From NCBI GenBank assembly GCA_017501665.1, contig JAFVWM010000043.1:24541-88540 (forward strand): a stretch of DNA of 64,000 bases. The letters are read 5' to 3'. Positions 19,859 through 31,026 of the stretch are shown piece by piece. The notes beneath the pieces are model-generated. The model had not been told where the DNA came from. It saw nothing but the letters and a program-made list of their open reading frames with translations, and searched no databases. Within the stretch, counting starts at the first letter, position 1. Each line of letters begins with the position of its first letter. The position numbers and the translations under genes were made by a program. This DNA comes from Alphaproteobacteria bacterium. GTDB taxonomy: Bacteria > Pseudomonadota > Alphaproteobacteria > RF32 > CAG-239.

Positions 19859-20394
19859 CGAGTTCTGGGACCCCTTTCCATCATTCTTTGTCTTTCCATC
19901 ATCAAAGAGTATTCTCGTTGATTTCTTTCGCGTTTTTTTGTTTCTTCGGGAGTTTCTCTATAATTACTCTTTGCCTCACGCAAGGATTTAAGTTGTTTCA
20001 GTAAATCTTTTTGCGATATTCCGGTTGTATATTTTTTTAAGAAAGAAAATATTTGAGAAGGAGTAAAGATTTCTTGAAAATCAGCAAGTTTCTTTAGGTT
20101 GTCGTTTGCAACAATTTTATTAATTTCTACCGAAATAGCACTATCCCAATCGTCGTCGTCATCGTCAATAGCATCTTTTAATATTTTTACTAAATAAGTC
20201 TTAAATAGCTTATTCACTAACGATATAAAATTTTTATCGGTAACGGTTTCGTTGGAAGACGCATTCATCAAAGCAAATAGCAATAAGTTTTTTATATATT
20301 TTTTTTGTTGCGAATTCAAATTAAGGTTAATATCAATGCCTTGTTTTGCTAAATCTAAAACAAACTGACACTCTTTCTCAAACTTTTTATTCAT
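19855..20394 (-). CDS. Hypothetical acidic protein with a DDDDDDW run
   Basis: ORF only. No family recognised. Confidence 0.4.
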   Translation of the reverse strand: MNKKFEKECQFVLDLAKQGIDINLNLNSQQKKYIKNLLLFALMNASSNETVTDKNFISLVNKLFKTYLVKILKDAIDDDDDDWDSAISVEINKIVANDNLKKLADFQEIFTPSQIFSFLKKYTTGISQKDLLKQLKSLREAKSNYRETPEETKKRERNQREYSLMMERQRMMERGPRTR

Positions 20395-20852
20395 TTTTGT
20401 TGCTCAACAAAAGGTTTAAATTGTTCCGTTACTTTCTTGTAAACATTTTTTTTAAAATAAACTATTTCTTCAACAGCTACATCAATATTATCCCATTTAA
20501 ATGCCTTAAATTCAATACATTTTGGGTCTATGTCAAATTTTATTTCATCGTCATTTCCTAAGAATTCAAACAAACACCAATACTGATCTTGTCCCTTAAA
20601 TGGAAGAAATTCGAAGTTTTTTGGAAAATCATATCGTATAGGTTCGGATATTGTACATACAAGCCTCACATTTTGTATACCGGTTTCCTCATAAAGCTCT
20701 CTTTTTGCCGCATCTGTTAAACTTTCTCCTTCATCAATTCCACCTTGAGGAAATTGCCAATGATATTCGTCAAAATCAGCTCTGGCACAAAGTAAAACTT
20801 TGTTTTCCTTAAAAACTACTATACCGACATTTTTTCTATATGCTTCGGTCAT
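20391..20852 (-). CDS. rppH: RNA pyrophosphohydrolase (Nudix, RppH/NudH/IalA-like)
   Basis: Nudix box GGIDEGESLTDAAKRELYEETGI. About 153 aa. Confidence 0.88.
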   Translation of the reverse strand: MTEAYRKNVGIVVFKENKVLLCARADFDEYHWQFPQGGIDEGESLTDAAKRELYEETGIQNVRLVCTISEPIRYDFPKNFEFLPFKGQDQYWCLFEFLGNDDEIKFDIDPKCIEFKAFKWDNIDVAVEEIVYFKKNVYKKVTEQFKPFVEQQK

Positions 20853-22042
20853 TATTCCACCACAATATTAGAAACCGGCACTAACGCAAACGGCTTTATA
20901 AGGTTAACATTTTTTGCTTCTTCATAAGATAGTTGTGGTGAAAATGTTTCAAGCCACTTATAAAGTCCTACCAACACCACAGGTTTAGGGTCTGCTACAA
21001 TTAATACTTGTCCTTTATTAAAAGCAAGATGTTCAGCTTTTTTCAGTGCATTTTTTATATCTTTTTTGCTCATGTCTTTGTCAATAATGATATCAGCTTT
21101 ATGTCTGGGAAGATTCGCTATTTTTATGTCATCTATAATATTTGAAGATGTCGCATCTATTACCAACAAACCTCTGTTTTTTAAAAATTTTAAGATTGTC
21201 TGAATTGTTCGTTTATTATTATTATTCACTAAGCCATCTCTGATAACCATTCCTCCGACAGGAGCCTTTGTATCCAACAAATTAATGAGTTTTTTTGTAG
21301 CCTCTGCTTCATCAATGTTTAGTGATAACGAAAGAGGTCCTGTATCTTCTTTAAGATAATCTTTAGAAGATAACAATAAATCGACATAAGTCTCGTGACC
21401 AAGGTCTCTTGCATTTAAAATAGCCGATTTTTTATTTTGAGTATAAGGTGAGAAACTGAAAGAAACTTCTGATTCAAATATTTTATATGTTCTTTCAGAT
21501 ATTTTAGTATCAAATCCTAAGCCGGATATAACTAAGGCTATTTTTTTGAAGTTCGGTTGTGTGTTAACAAAATTTCCGTATTCTATCCAAGGTTTTGATC
21601 CGTTTGTAGCTATTTTCGGAATTATTGCACCTTCAGGAAGTTTATCTACCAAAGAGTAATGAACAGAAATATTTTTTAAGGTAGCTGTTTGTTTTTTTGT
21701 TTGAAGGTTAAATATATTCGGTAAGTTTATCAATAAATTTGTTACGGAAAAAACCTCTTCATTTTCATTTTTATCAGACACAACAATTTCTTCAAAAACA
21801 TCTGTTTCTATGTCATCTATTTTATTTTTATCACGGGGTTCTAGTTTATCCGGTAAAGTAAGTACCCATTTTGGTGATTTATTATCCTTATCAAACATAA
21901 GTTTATCTATCTTAGACGAATATTCCGGTGCACTTCGCTCCTCAGCAAACCACCATCCGATAGCCAAGACTGAAGCAATTATTATAAGAATAAAAACCAC
22001 AAGTTTATCATATTTTTCTAAGTTTTTGTTCACAGCAAACAA
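20852..22042 (-). CDS. Divergent polysaccharide deacetylase (YibQ-like) family protein, membrane-anchored
   Basis: N-terminal TM. Conserved position between ctpA and rppH in alphaproteobacteria. Family assigned mainly by synteny and size. Confidence 0.5.
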   Translation of the reverse strand: MFAVNKNLEKYDKLVVFILIIIASVLAIGWWFAEERSAPEYSSKIDKLMFDKDNKSPKWVLTLPDKLEPRDKNKIDDIETDVFEEIVVSDKNENEEVFSVTNLLINLPNIFNLQTKKQTATLKNISVHYSLVDKLPEGAIIPKIATNGSKPWIEYGNFVNTQPNFKKIALVISGLGFDTKISERTYKIFESEVSFSFSPYTQNKKSAILNARDLGHETYVDLLLSSKDYLKEDTGPLSLSLNIDEAEATKKLINLLDTKAPVGGMVIRDGLVNNNNKRTIQTILKFLKNRGLLVIDATSSNIIDDIKIANLPRHKADIIIDKDMSKKDIKNALKKAEHLAFNKGQVLIVADPKPVVLVGLYKWLETFSPQLSYEEAKNVNLIKPFALVPVSNIVVE

Positions 22043-22047
22043 ACTCC

Positions 22048-23340
22048 TTATTTTGAAGATGTATATACATTAAGAGCCTTAACTAAATCAACAGCACGAG
22101 CCAATTGATAATCTTTGCGCCATTCAGATTCTTTTGAATTGTCTTTTGCATTTTTTTTATCTTTTTTGGTCTTATCAACAGTTTCATTCTTTAAAGCATT
22201 GGTATATTCTGCTTCACTAAAACCATATTCATCGGTAAATTCTTCAATCTTAGCAGGATGAACAATAATATCAGGTTCAATACCTGTTGCTTGAATAGAT
22301 TTTCCGGAAGGAGTATAATATCTTGCTGTTGTTAGACGCATTGCACCATAATTTCCTAAAGGAAGAACAGTTTGTACACTTCCCTTACCAAAAGATTTTT
22401 CTCCAATAATTACGGCTCTCTTATGGTCCTGAAGAGCTCCGGCAACAATTTCAGACGCCGAAGCCGAACCGTTATTTATTAAAACAACAATCGGTAATCC
22501 GTTAGTAATATCTGGTCCTTTCGCTGAATATTTAAGAGTGTTTTCTTCATCACGAGCGCGAGTTGAAACAACCTCTCCTTGATTTAAGAAAAGTCCTGAT
22601 ACTCCTACAGCTTGATCCAAAAGGCCTCCCGGATTGTTTCTTACATCTAAAACAAGACCCTTAAATGGTTTTTTTCTTTTTTTTGTTTCATCATCAAAAG
22701 CCTTTTTTATATCAGCATCAACATCTTCAGAAAAAGAACTTATACGAACATATAAGACATCTTCATCCTTTACATCAACCTTAACTGATTTAGTTTTTAT
22801 TTCTTCTCTTTTTATTGTAACGTCAAAAGGCTTTTCATTTACTCTTCTAATAGTAAGCTTTACCTTAGTTCCCGGTTTTCCGCGCATTTTATCAACAGCT
22901 TCATTTAGTGTCATACCTATAATTGTTTCGCCATCAATATTGGTAATATAATCACCGGCTTTTAAACCGGCTCTGAAAGCAGGGGTATCATCAATCGGGG
23001 ATATTATTTTTACTAAACCTTGTTCCATAGTTATTTCAATACCTAATCCTCCGAATTTTCCGCTTGTTTGTTCTGTCATGTACTTAAAATCTTTTTTATC
23101 TAAGTAACTTGAATGAGGGTCTAAAGAAACCAACATTCCGTTTATAGCCGATTCTATAAGCTTTTTGTCGCTTATTTCTTCAACATAAGTAGCTTTAGCT
23201 CTTTCCATAACTTCTGCAAACAAATTCAGAAGTTCATAAGAGTTTATCTCTTCTTCATTATCTTTTTTATTTTCGGCAGCAAATGAGTTTAATATTGTGA
23301 AAAATGTTAACACTGTTACTAAAAGAGCTTTTTTTAACAT
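22048..23340 (-). CDS. ctpA: Carboxy-terminal processing protease CtpA (S41, PDZ-containing)
   Basis: Signal peptide. PDZ domain. Catalytic GSASASEI and K dyad region. Confidence 0.9.
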   Translation of the reverse strand: MLKKALLVTVLTFFTILNSFAAENKKDNEEEINSYELLNLFAEVMERAKATYVEEISDKKLIESAINGMLVSLDPHSSYLDKKDFKYMTEQTSGKFGGLGIEITMEQGLVKIISPIDDTPAFRAGLKAGDYITNIDGETIIGMTLNEAVDKMRGKPGTKVKLTIRRVNEKPFDVTIKREEIKTKSVKVDVKDEDVLYVRISSFSEDVDADIKKAFDDETKKRKKPFKGLVLDVRNNPGGLLDQAVGVSGLFLNQGEVVSTRARDEENTLKYSAKGPDITNGLPIVVLINNGSASASEIVAGALQDHKRAVIIGEKSFGKGSVQTVLPLGNYGAMRLTTARYYTPSGKSIQATGIEPDIIVHPAKIEEFTDEYGFSEAEYTNALKNETVDKTKKDKKNAKDNSKESEWRKDYQLARAVDLVKALNVYTSSK

Positions 23341-23358
23341 ATTTGTTTTCCTGTTTTA

Positions 23359-24594
23359 TTAAAGTTTAAACCAAGCAGACGGGTTTATAGGCTGGTTGTT
23401 TTTTCTAATTTCTATGTACAATTCACTTTTGCCATCAGAAGGCATTACTCCGATCGGTTCACCAGCCAATAACATTTGTCCCAATTCAACATTAAGTGTT
23501 TCCAGTCCGGACAACAATGACAAATAACCGTCACCATGTTCAATAATAATCATGTTTCCATATCCTCTGAAAGGACCGCTGAAAATAACATTACCGTCAA
23601 AAGGAGAAATTACCTGAGCCTGATTTCTGGAGGCTATTGTAATGCCTTTCGCGGATATTCCTGTTGCTTTTTCTTCACCATATTCGGTAATAATATTTCC
23701 TCTTGCGGGCAAAGGTAAATTTCCTTTGGCTTTTTCAAAACCCGAAACCACATTCGTTATAGTCGTTTTTTCGTATTTAATCAAGTCATCAGACAGTTTT
23801 TCCTCTGACATTCTTCTTAGAGCATCTTCTTCCTTGCGTTTTTTTTCTCGTTCTTTTCTTTCGTTTTCAACACGCTGTTTTTCCAATTTTGCCAATAAAT
23901 CTCGCAAATCTTGAGCCTGAGAGGCAAGTTTATCTACGTTTTTCTTTGCTTTTTCCGATTTTATCTCCACCAAATTGCGCAAAGAATGTTTTTGCTTTAA
24001 CAAAGTGTTTATCCGCTTGTGTTCTTCTTTTATGACAATTTTTTGTTTTGATATTTCTTTTATTTGTTGTTTTATTCGGTTCTTTTTATTTTTAATGCTG
24101 AGAAGATTGTCTCTTAAATCGTTTGCACGAGATTCCAAGTGAGGTATTGTTTCTCTCAAGATCATAGCACTTCGTATAATATCAACAGGATTTAATGGTT
24201 GGACTAATAGAGATTCTGTCGGTTTAAGAGCTAAATTTTGCAAAGCGGATATGGTTTTTATAAGGTTTTTGCCTTCATTGTCAAAATTGTTTTGTGTTAA
24301 CAATAAATCTTCCTCCAAAGAGGCTAATTGCTTTTCCATTTTTGATAGTTTTTCTTCATTGTTTTGTAAGTGTCTTGCCGTCTGAATCATTTTTTTACTG
24401 ACCTCAGACATTTCCAAAGAAATTTGAGTTGCTTGAGCTTGAAGTTTTTTGTGTTCCATACTTTTCTCAAACACTTGTTGTTCAACTTCTTTCAGTTGAG
24501 CATCAGACACTTGAACAGCATCTGCGGTGGTAGAGTGCCAAAACAAAACCACCGCAAATAGAACACTGTATTTAAACGCTGTTCGAAAGTTCAT
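23359..24594 (-). CDS. M23 (LytM) peptidase-domain protein with a long coiled coil (EnvC-like murein hydrolase activator)
   Basis: Signal peptide. Extended heptad or K/E-rich coiled coil. C-terminal M23 domain (IIIEHGDGYLS). Confidence 0.8.
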   Translation of the reverse strand: MNFRTAFKYSVLFAVVLFWHSTTADAVQVSDAQLKEVEQQVFEKSMEHKKLQAQATQISLEMSEVSKKMIQTARHLQNNEEKLSKMEKQLASLEEDLLLTQNNFDNEGKNLIKTISALQNLALKPTESLLVQPLNPVDIIRSAMILRETIPHLESRANDLRDNLLSIKNKKNRIKQQIKEISKQKIVIKEEHKRINTLLKQKHSLRNLVEIKSEKAKKNVDKLASQAQDLRDLLAKLEKQRVENERKEREKKRKEEDALRRMSEEKLSDDLIKYEKTTITNVVSGFEKAKGNLPLPARGNIITEYGEEKATGISAKGITIASRNQAQVISPFDGNVIFSGPFRGYGNMIIIEHGDGYLSLLSGLETLNVELGQMLLAGEPIGVMPSDGKSELYIEIRKNNQPINPSAWFKL

Positions 24595-24597
24595 TTT

Positions 24598-26130
24598 TTA
24601 CCTTTTTAGTAAAGATTTTCCGGTCATTTCCTTAGGCTGTTTTATATTGAGCAAATCAAGCATCGTGGGTGCTATATCAGCCAAACGACCATTACTTAAA
24701 GTTTTAACACCCGAGTTGTCATTAACCAAAACAGCTTGAACTTTCCCGACTGTATGAGCTGTGTAAGGTTGACCGGTTTTTTCATCAACCATTTTTTCGG
24801 CATTACCATGATCAGCGGTAACTATTAAAACACCGCCGACCTTTTTAATAGCTTGTTCCACCTTGCCCAAGCAGACATCAACTGCTTCTACGGCTTTTAG
24901 TGCAGCCTCCATAATTCCGGTATGTCCGACCATATCCCCGTTTGCAAAGTTACATATAATTACATCAAAACTTTTGTTTTCAATGGCTTTGACCAGTTGT
25001 TCGGTAACCTCATAAACGCTCATTTCGGGTTTTAAATCATATGTTGCAACCTTAGGGCTTGCAATCAATATTCTTTCTTCTCCTTTAAACTCTTTTTCTT
25101 CACCGCCGTTAAAAAAGAATGTGACGTGAGCATATTTTTCGGTTTCGGCGATTCTGAGTTGGGTTAAGCCGTTTTCGGCAACAACTTCACCCAAAATATT
25201 GACCAAAGGTTCCGGTGGAAAGATTGTTTTCATAAAACGATTGTGGTCAACCGAGTATTCGGTCATCCCGATGCTGTTTGACAGTTTTACGATTTTTTTG
25301 CGTTCGAAACCGCTAAATTCACTATCGGCCAGAGCATAAAGAATTTCACGAGCTCGATCAGCTCTAAAGTTAGCCATTAATACGGCATCACCATCTTCCA
25401 TACCGTTATAATCTCCGATTACGGCCGGAATTACAAATTCATCGGTAACTTTATCGTTATAAGATGCATCAATAGCTTCATCTGCTGTTTTATAGCGTTT
25501 ACCGTCAGCCGAAACAATATTATTATAGGCCGATTCTACACGATCCCAACGCTTATCTCTATCCATAGCATAGAAACGACCTTCAATGGTAGCTATTTCA
25601 ACACCGTTCATGTTTTTTATGCTGTCAGCCAATTGAGCCAAATATTCTTTTGCAGAAGAAGGCGGTGTATCACGACCGTCTAAAAAGGCATGAATTTTTA
25701 CATTTACACCGGCAGAAGAAATAATTTTTGCCAAAGCAACAATATGGTTTTGCATAGAGTGAACACCGCCCGGTGACATCAAGCCCATAAGATGACAAGT
25801 TTTTCCGTTATTTTTTAGTGTTTCTATCATATCTGTCAAAACAGGATTCTTTGCTAAAGAACCATCTTTTATAGCCATATCGATTTTAGGCAAATCTTGC
25901 ATAACAACTCTACCGGCTCCAAGGTTTGTATGTCCGACCTCCGAATTACCCATTTGACCTTCAGGTAAGCCTACCGCCAAACCCGAAGTTTCAATAAAAC
26001 TATTCGGACACTCATTTAATAATCTGTGCCAATTTGGAGTATTTCCGTTTTCGATAGCATTATCAGAAGTTTTTTCTTCGCGGTATCCCCAACCGTCTAA
26101 AATAAGTAACATTACAGGTTTTTGTGTCAT
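24598..26130 (-). CDS. gpmI: 2,3-bisphosphoglycerate-independent phosphoglycerate mutase
   Basis: 510 aa. N-terminal LLILDGWG. Conserved iPGM metal-binding motifs. Confidence 0.93.
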   Translation of the reverse strand: MTQKPVMLLILDGWGYREEKTSDNAIENGNTPNWHRLLNECPNSFIETSGLAVGLPEGQMGNSEVGHTNLGAGRVVMQDLPKIDMAIKDGSLAKNPVLTDMIETLKNNGKTCHLMGLMSPGGVHSMQNHIVALAKIISSAGVNVKIHAFLDGRDTPPSSAKEYLAQLADSIKNMNGVEIATIEGRFYAMDRDKRWDRVESAYNNIVSADGKRYKTADEAIDASYNDKVTDEFVIPAVIGDYNGMEDGDAVLMANFRADRAREILYALADSEFSGFERKKIVKLSNSIGMTEYSVDHNRFMKTIFPPEPLVNILGEVVAENGLTQLRIAETEKYAHVTFFFNGGEEKEFKGEERILIASPKVATYDLKPEMSVYEVTEQLVKAIENKSFDVIICNFANGDMVGHTGIMEAALKAVEAVDVCLGKVEQAIKKVGGVLIVTADHGNAEKMVDEKTGQPYTAHTVGKVQAVLVNDNSGVKTLSNGRLADIAPTMLDLLNIKQPKEMTGKSLLKR

Positions 26131-26202
26131 TTAACTATCCCTTCTTTTTTATTGTTTTTCGTTATTATATATAATATTTTTCAAACTAAAAGCACTAATT
26201 TT

Positions 26203-27978
26203 TTATTGCATAATTTTTTTCCAAATTCGTGCCGGCAAGCCCGAACCGTATATTCCCTGCATTGGTGAGTTGTCATCGTTTCCGACCCAAACGGCACAAA
26301 TCTTTTCTTCATCGAAGCCTATAAACCAAGCATCTCTGTTATCTTGCGATGTTCCTGTTTTTCCGAAAACTTCTTTACCGTAATGAGCATAACGACCGGT
26401 TCCGGTTTTTAATACCTCACGTAATAATTTGCGCATATAATCAACTTCTTTTTCGTTAAAAATTCTTATTTTTTCAGAAGGATTCCTTTGATACAACTGA
26501 AAACCCTCATTAGAATAAACCTCTTTTATACTATATGGCCAAACCGAAAATCCGCCATTGGCAATAGAGGCATAAGCTCGCGCCATATCTATCATTTTTA
26601 CACTGGAAGATCCCAAAGACAAAGACAAATCATTTTCTAAAACAGTTGTAATGCCAGCTTTTTTTGCGGTGTTTATTACGTTATTTATACCCATATCTTT
26701 AGCCAGACGAACGGTTGCCAAATTTAACGATTGAGCAAAAGCCGTTCTTAAGGTTACATCGCCATAATTTCTGCCATCATGATTTTGCGGTTGCCAATCA
26801 CCTATTTTTACCGGTTTATCTGATATAATATCGTCAGGCGCAAAACCTTTTTGAATAGCGGTTAAGTAAACAAAAAGCTTAAAAGCGGATCCCGGTTGAC
26901 GAAGCGCCTGAGTTGTTCTGTTAAACTGACTGTCAAAATAGTCGATTCCGCCAACCATGGCTTTTATTGCACCATGATAATCCATAATGATAACCGCCCC
27001 GTTTGTTACATTAAAATCTTTGGCTTTTTCTATTTCTTCGTGTAAAATAAGAGAAGCTTTTTCTTGTAAATCTTGGTCTAAAGTTGTTATTGCATAAACG
27101 TCTGTTTCTTGTTCTCCGACATTATTTTTAATTTCATTTAAGGCCCAATCGGCAAAATAAGCACCATTTTTCACTTTTGCTTCTTTTCCTTTTCCCAAAG
27201 GCATATTTTTAACTCGTTCCAAATCCTTATCTGACAACAAAAGGTTTTCATGCATAATACCTAAAACCACATTAGCACGTTTTAAGGCGTCATCTTTTGA
27301 ACGAATAGGATTATACTTTGAAGGAGCTTTAAGCATTCCGGCCAAAATAGCACTTTCCAATATATTCACATCACGAGAGGTTTTTTGGAAATACTTTTGT
27401 GAAGCCGCTTCGATTCCGTAGGCTCCATGACCGAAATAAACTCGGTTCAGATAAAGAGATAATATCTGTTCCTTGCTAAGTTTACTCTCAAGCCAAAAGG
27501 CCAAAAGAAGTTCTTGAACTTTGCGGTTTATGGTTTTTTTGTTGGTAAGAAACAAGTTTTTTGCCACTTGTTGAGTAATAGTACTGCCTCCTTGAGCATA
27601 ACGACCGGCAAAAATATTTGTAATCATGGCGCGAGTAAAGGATATAATATCAAAACCGAAGTGATTATAAAAACGCTTGTCCTCGGTAAAAACAATAGCA
27701 TCAACCAAATATTGCGGAAGCTCTTCCGATCGTACAAATTCAGAATAAACCGTACCAAAACTCTGTACTTCATTACCGTTTTCAGCCAAAATAGTGGTCG
27801 ACGGCAGGCGAGTTCTGTTTATGGCCTCCTCCATATCAGGCAAAGTAATTATGCAATAGGCTATATAAAGCAACATCGGCAAGGCAACAAAGCCTGCCAA
27901 TCTTATATATTTAAATAAACAACTTTTTTTCTTTTTTTTGCTTTTTGAATTTTTGCGTTTTTTAGTTCTTTTTACCAC
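26203..27978 (-). CDS. Class A penicillin-binding protein (glycosyltransferase + transpeptidase), short form
   Basis: GT51 motifs (EDKRFYNHFG, GGSTITQQ). Transpeptidase motifs SAFK, SLN, KTGT. Confidence 0.85.
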   Translation of the reverse strand: MVKRTKKRKNSKSKKKKKSCLFKYIRLAGFVALPMLLYIAYCIITLPDMEEAINRTRLPSTTILAENGNEVQSFGTVYSEFVRSEELPQYLVDAIVFTEDKRFYNHFGFDIISFTRAMITNIFAGRYAQGGSTITQQVAKNLFLTNKKTINRKVQELLLAFWLESKLSKEQILSLYLNRVYFGHGAYGIEAASQKYFQKTSRDVNILESAILAGMLKAPSKYNPIRSKDDALKRANVVLGIMHENLLLSDKDLERVKNMPLGKGKEAKVKNGAYFADWALNEIKNNVGEQETDVYAITTLDQDLQEKASLILHEEIEKAKDFNVTNGAVIIMDYHGAIKAMVGGIDYFDSQFNRTTQALRQPGSAFKLFVYLTAIQKGFAPDDIISDKPVKIGDWQPQNHDGRNYGDVTLRTAFAQSLNLATVRLAKDMGINNVINTAKKAGITTVLENDLSLSLGSSSVKMIDMARAYASIANGGFSVWPYSIKEVYSNEGFQLYQRNPSEKIRIFNEKEVDYMRKLLREVLKTGTGRYAHYGKEVFGKTGTSQDNRDAWFIGFDEEKICAVWVGNDDNSPMQGIYGSGLPARIWKKIMQ

Positions 27979-28124
27979 AATTACAACCTTTCAAAATATT
28001 ATTCGAAAACATAATAAAACAAAAAGGTTAAATAAAATTTTAATTGGGTAAATTCTTTTTAATTATTGGCTAAAAACTAAAAAGGTTTTATATTTAAAAA
28101 ATCAAAAATTTTAAGGAATAAAAT

Positions 28125-30857
28125 ATGTCGCAAAAAATATGTTTAATTGACGGATCAGGTTATATTTTCAGAGCTTTTTACGGTCTTCCCCCGCTTACAT
28201 CGCCCGAAGGAATTCCCGTAAATGCCGTTTATGGTTTTACCAATATGTTCCTAAAACTTACAACAAAGATTCCCTGCGACTATTGTTTAGTATTGTTTGA
28301 TGCCAAACGCCAAAATTTCAGAAATGAGATCTTTTCTGAGTATAAAGGAACCAGAAAAGATACCCCCGAAGAGCTTATTCCTCAATTTCCCATAATCAGA
28401 GAAGCGGTTAATGTCTTAAATATAAATCATTTGGAAATGGAGGGCTATGAAGCTGATGATTTAATAGCAACTTATGCCAAACAAGCTCTCGAGAAAGGAC
28501 TAGAAGTTGTAATTGTTTCCGGTGACAAAGATTTAATGCAGCTGATTCGTACCGGTGTCGAATTTTATGATCCGATGAAAGATAAATTTTTCACCCCCGA
28601 AGATGTAAAAGAAAAGTTTGGCGTATATCCTGACAAAGTTGTCGATGTTCAAGCACTATCGGGTGACAGCATAGATAATGTTCCCGGAGTTGCCGGTATT
28701 GGTCCGAAAACAGCTGCGCAACTGGTTGAAGAATACGGTTCTTTGGAAGGAATTTTGGAACACGTACACGAAATAAAGCAAGAAAAACGTCGTCAAACAT
28801 TGATAGATAATGCCGAAAATGCACTTATCTCGTTAAAATTGGTAACCTTAAAGGATGATGTTCCCGTTGAAAAAGGTATCGAAGATTTTCATTGTAAATG
28901 TCCTGATGCTGACAAAATGCACGAGTTTATTAACAAATATGGTTTCAATTCTTTAAAAAATCGTGTTGAAAAATGGCTTGTTGAACGGTGTTCGGTTGTT
29001 GAAAAACTTGATATTCCGCAAGTTATAAAAAAACAGTATTTTCTTGTTGATGATGAAGACACATTAAAACAACTTTCCGCTTCAATAAAACGATCTTCTC
29101 AAATGGCCGTTTCGGTTATAAGTACAGGACAAAATTATATTTTTGATGATATGATCGGCTTAGCTGTTTCATCAAATGTAGGTGAAAGCTACTATATACC
29201 GCTAAATCAAAAGACACAAAGCGATGATTTGTTTTCCGTTTCAACGCCGTCTAAACAAATAAGCAAAACACAATTTGAAAAATATTTAAAACCGCTGTTT
29301 GAAAGCAAATCAATTTTAAAAATCGGTTCCAATATTAAAAACTCTATGCATTTTATCATTAAATATTTCGGAAAAACAAATTTTGAACCATATGATGACA
29401 TATCGGTAATGTCTTATTGCTTATCAAGTTCGGAACATGCTCACGATATAAACACGCTTGCTAAGGTATATTTTGATGAAGATTTGCCAAAACTTGATGA
29501 TATACAAGGAAGCGGAAAAAATAAAATCGAGCTTTCAGTCTTAGAAACCGAAGTTTTAAAAAATTATATCTGCGAACAGGCCGATTATATCTGTCGTTTG
29601 CACGATATTTTAAAACAAAATCTTATATCCGAGAAAAGAACTTCGGTTTACGAAATTTTTGACAGACCTTTGATAAAAACACTGTTCAACATGGAATGTC
29701 GAGGAGTAAAAATAAATTCATCATCTTTAAGAGATTTGAGTTTTTGGTTCGATAAAGAAATGAAAGAAATTGAAAAAGAGATTTTTACGCTTGCCGGTGA
29801 AGAGTTTAATATAGGTTCACCCAAACAGATTGGCGAAATTTTGTTTACCAAAAAAGGATTAAAAGGTAAAAAAACCGCCTCAGGTGCATGGGCTACCGGA
29901 GCCGAAGTTTTAGAAGCTTTGGCTGAAGAGGGCGAGGACCTTGCTTCTAAAATTTTACAATGGCGAGAAATCAGTAAATTAAAGTCTACATACACCGATT
30001 CTTTGTTTTCGCTTATTGACAAAGAGGGCAGGATTCATACAACCTATGCGCAAACCGTAGCCAATACGGGAAGGCTTGCTTCAAACAATCCAAATTTGCA
30101 AAATATTCCAATCCGTAGCGAAATGGGTAAAAAAATCCGTTCATGCTTTATTGCCAAAGAAGGGTACAAATTGATTTCTTGCGACTATTCGCAAGTAGAG
30201 TTGCGTTTGTTGGCTGATGTTGCCGATGTAAAAAAACTTAAACAGGCGTTTGCCGAGGGAATAGACATTCATACCGCCACCGCATCACATGTTTTTGGTG
30301 TAAAACCGCAAGATGTTGATGCAAATTTACGCCGTCAAGCCAAAGCTATTAATTTTGGCGTGGTTTACGGAATATCGGCATTCGGATTGTCTAAAAACAT
30401 CAACTCAACTCCTGCCGAGGCCAAAGCTTATATTGATGCTTATTTTGAGCAAATGCCCGAAATAAAAGCATATATGGATAAGACAATAGCTTTTGCACAA
30501 GCTAACGGCTATGTCGAAACACCATTCGGGCGCAAATGTTCGGTCTTAGGTATTAACGATTCTAACAAACGCATTGTAGCCAATGCCGAAAGAGCCGCTA
30601 TAAACGCTCCGATTCAAGGCGGGGCAGCTGATATTATCAAACTGGCAATGAACAAGATAGAAACAGAGCTAAAAGATCGTGGATTAAAAACCAAAATGTT
30701 GCTTCAAGTTCACGACGAACTTGTTTTTGAAGCTCCTGAAAATGAAGTCGACGAAGCCTTATTGATAATTAAAGAGCATATGGAAAAGATTGTCGATTCT
30801 TCGGTTGAATTTAAAGCAGAAGCCGGTATCGGAAATACTTGGACCGAAGCTCACTAA
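28125..30857 (+). CDS. polA: DNA polymerase I
   Basis: 5'-3' exonuclease N-terminus. Polymerase motifs A (DYSQVELR), B (RRQAKAINFG) and C (QVHDEL). 910 aa. Confidence 0.95.
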   Translation: MSQKICLIDGSGYIFRAFYGLPPLTSPEGIPVNAVYGFTNMFLKLTTKIPCDYCLVLFDAKRQNFRNEIFSEYKGTRKDTPEELIPQFPIIREAVNVLNINHLEMEGYEADDLIATYAKQALEKGLEVVIVSGDKDLMQLIRTGVEFYDPMKDKFFTPEDVKEKFGVYPDKVVDVQALSGDSIDNVPGVAGIGPKTAAQLVEEYGSLEGILEHVHEIKQEKRRQTLIDNAENALISLKLVTLKDDVPVEKGIEDFHCKCPDADKMHEFINKYGFNSLKNRVEKWLVERCSVVEKLDIPQVIKKQYFLVDDEDTLKQLSASIKRSSQMAVSVISTGQNYIFDDMIGLAVSSNVGESYYIPLNQKTQSDDLFSVSTPSKQISKTQFEKYLKPLFESKSILKIGSNIKNSMHFIIKYFGKTNFEPYDDISVMSYCLSSSEHAHDINTLAKVYFDEDLPKLDDIQGSGKNKIELSVLETEVLKNYICEQADYICRLHDILKQNLISEKRTSVYEIFDRPLIKTLFNMECRGVKINSSSLRDLSFWFDKEMKEIEKEIFTLAGEEFNIGSPKQIGEILFTKKGLKGKKTASGAWATGAEVLEALAEEGEDLASKILQWREISKLKSTYTDSLFSLIDKEGRIHTTYAQTVANTGRLASNNPNLQNIPIRSEMGKKIRSCFIAKEGYKLISCDYSQVELRLLADVADVKKLKQAFAEGIDIHTATASHVFGVKPQDVDANLRRQAKAINFGVVYGISAFGLSKNINSTPAEAKAYIDAYFEQMPEIKAYMDKTIAFAQANGYVETPFGRKCSVLGINDSNKRIVANAERAAINAPIQGGAADIIKLAMNKIETELKDRGLKTKMLLQVHDELVFEAPENEVDEALLIIKEHMEKIVDSSVEFKAEAGIGNTWTEAH

Positions 30858-30876
30858 AGTTTAACAGGTTTTATAT

Positions 30877-31003
30877 GAAAATTTATGCACAAAAACAAAG
30901 AAAATTCTAAATCTTTTTTTTGGTTTTTTCATATAAAATGTTCTATATTTTACAAAGCAATTTTTTATAAAAAGAAACGAAAAAACGATTTCTGAAATTA
31001 CAA
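30877..31003. repeat. Direct repeat copy A, about 127 bp. It duplicates the gyrB promoter and 5' end.
   Basis: About 80-85% identical to 33291-33420, including a degenerate echo of the gyrB codons MVSEVTN. Confidence 0.85.
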
Positions 31004-31026
31004 ACTCTATACATAAATATTATGTT

